A stretch of 64,000 nt of DNA, taken from positions 30,848,150 to 30,912,149 of the forward strand of contig NC_134026.1 in assembly GCF_964204645.1 (NCBI RefSeq). The letters run 5' to 3'. Every line of letters begins with the position of its first letter. Position 1 is the stretch's first letter. This document shows positions 62,076 through 64,000 of this stretch, piece after piece. The notes under the pieces are model-generated. The model was not told the origin of the DNA. It did not search any database and worked only from the letters and a program-made list of their open reading frames with translations. A program made the position numbers and the translations under genes. The DNA is from Tubulanus polymorphus. Its lineage: Eukaryota; Animalia; Nemertea.

Positions 62076-63761
62076 TTAGATGTCGAATGAAGGATAAGAA
62101 TTAATGTTTTGTAAAAATACGACTTGCGGAGGAGAATCATTTGAATAAGCACCAAAATGATTTGAATTGTTATCAAGTGCATCCATTTCGAATGCTTCAT
62201 TATCATACGCTCCACTATCCCGCGAGTCTACAGGAGAATCGACAGTAGATTCTACTGTAGATTCTACAGATGGGTTTACAGTAGAATCTACAGGAGAATC
62301 CGGCTCATTACGAATCGGTGATTCAGCATGATTTTGGACGGTGTTCGGACGATCCGTAATTTCTGATTCGTGTGGATCTTCATCTAATCTATCGACACTA
62401 GAGAACCTCCTGCGATCCAGCCCTCCGCGCTCCAGCCCTCCTCGAGACACCGTCGACGAGCTGGCGCGTTCAGTTTGCTCTAGAGCTGATAATGAAACAG
62501 CTCTATTAAGTCGGGCAGCAGCTGCTGCTGATGCTGCTGCAGCTGCGTTGTGAGTCGCGGTTGTCGATGGTAAATGTTGTAGTGAAACGGTGCGACTCAG
62601 ATCGAGGAGAGGTAACGGATTATTCGCGACCGGTTGAAGGCTCAAAGTCGATTCACCGAGGTTTGTATTTATCGTATCTGTACTGGTAACGTCGCAGTTT
62701 ACGACTCCCGAGTCCGAATCATCTTTCGGTCGAGTTCGCGATAATCTGATCGTTGAATTCTCCTCCTCTAGTTGAGCGACTGCGTCCTCGTATGACGGTA
62801 TATCTATCTGACTGGCGGCCATCGCGTCGTCGTAGCTCGGCGGTAAATCCAAATCGTATAAACTAACCGGCCGCGCCACCTGTTGACCGTTACTCAAAAC
62901 ATCCGGTAAATACGCGTTATTGATAACGGCGCTGTACGGAGGAGGTTGTAACGTGATCGGTGCCCGCAGATTATCACCGTTCGATGCATTGTTACGCGTT
63001 GCCGCGGCGCTGTTGACCCCGGAGATCGCGGCTATCTGCGTGAATCTCTGATCAGCTTCCCTCGCTCGACGCAGCTTCCTTTGACGACAGATGCAGCCGA
63101 TTATCGTGTTGACGACGATGATGAAAATGACGATCGCGAAAACGACGCCGATTATTACACTTACATTCAACGAACCTAAAAACAACAAAATACATCGTTT
63201 TAAGACTCAGTTTCCGTTTAGAATGAGTTTGAGGAATCAACGAGTCGTAGGGACCCCGTACTGTTAATAGGTGGCGCTTCTCACTACATACGTAATATGT
63301 ATATCTTAAGTACAGTCCAACTGGCTGAAGTAGTCTTAATACTTAAGTGTCTCTACTCGTAATTCTAATTCAATTTCACTGTGTAAGTCATTATTTGGAT
63401 AAGTGATCAACACGATGATCAAACTATGACGACTCGTCTCAAGCTCAGGTTTTAGCGTATTACAATTTGCAGGGTTCATAAAGGTCATGGAATTGAAAAT
63501 GTCAAAAACCGGGTCAGAAATTGAATTTTCATTGTGCAGTATTTTGTTCTTCAGTCCCTAAACGCCGTACAGCATAATCAATAGCATAGGGTCCAGTTTC
63601 ACAATATCGATTTCAATTTTTAAACTTACCTCCTCCGCAAGAAGAATAACTGTTCTCATCTGAATTATCTAAACAATCATTTCTACCGTCACATCTCTGG
63701 CTATACAACACACAAAACTGTCCATTTCGACATTTCCATTTATCAGACGAACAAGTGACAG
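62076..63761 (-). CDS. 3' part of an LDL-receptor class A domain single-pass membrane protein with PPxY motifs (LDLRAD3/4-like architecture)
   Basis: Exon 63761-63630 (CSSDKWKCRNGQFCV...RCDGRNDCLDNSDE, phase 1-1) plus exon 63175-62076 (TM VIIGVVFAIVIFIIVVNTIIGCIC, PPPY, PPSY); 5' exons lie beyond the window. Confidence 0.88.
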
Positions 63762-64000
63762 CTAAATATAGAGAAAACATGGCTGAAAAACTGATTCCTC
63801 TCTTCAGTGAACAGTGGACACTTTTTTCTGTTACCAAATGTACATTTGACCCGTCTATAGAAAACAGCATCCATGTACCAGGTCTGGAGAGTTGATGTCT
63901 TTACTTTAATGGTGGTGATTATTATTGTGAACTAGTCATAACTGATTTACTGTATAATTCTAATGAACAGTATTGTATGTATCATACTAACTGACAAAAT

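Overview
Eukaryotic, AT-rich, intron-containing animal DNA. The gene content (IL-17, HOPX, multi-exon MGAT2, DyP peroxidase) suggests an invertebrate, possibly lophotrochozoan; this is inference. Five host genes can be modelled by hand from splice sites: IL-17 (minus, 2 exons), MGAT2 (plus, 7 coding exons), HOPX (plus), a DyP/YfeX-type peroxidase with an apparent mitochondrial presequence plus membrane anchor (minus, 7 exons), and the 3' part of an LDLa-TM-PPxY membrane protein (minus). A candidate CRE/TATA-driven spliced 45-aa microprotein gene lies at 37.1-40.1 kb. About 12.6-33.5 kb is a distinct block with nested satellite arrays, tandem exon-intron cassettes, a decayed Mutator-like transposase and an intact Pro/Arg-rich ORF; it may be a giant MULE-derived element. 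Three Penelope-type inverted repeats carry minimal hammerhead ribozyme cores (one decayed). MITEs, SINEs and an L2 fragment are also present. All alignments and family calls were made by eye, without database searches.
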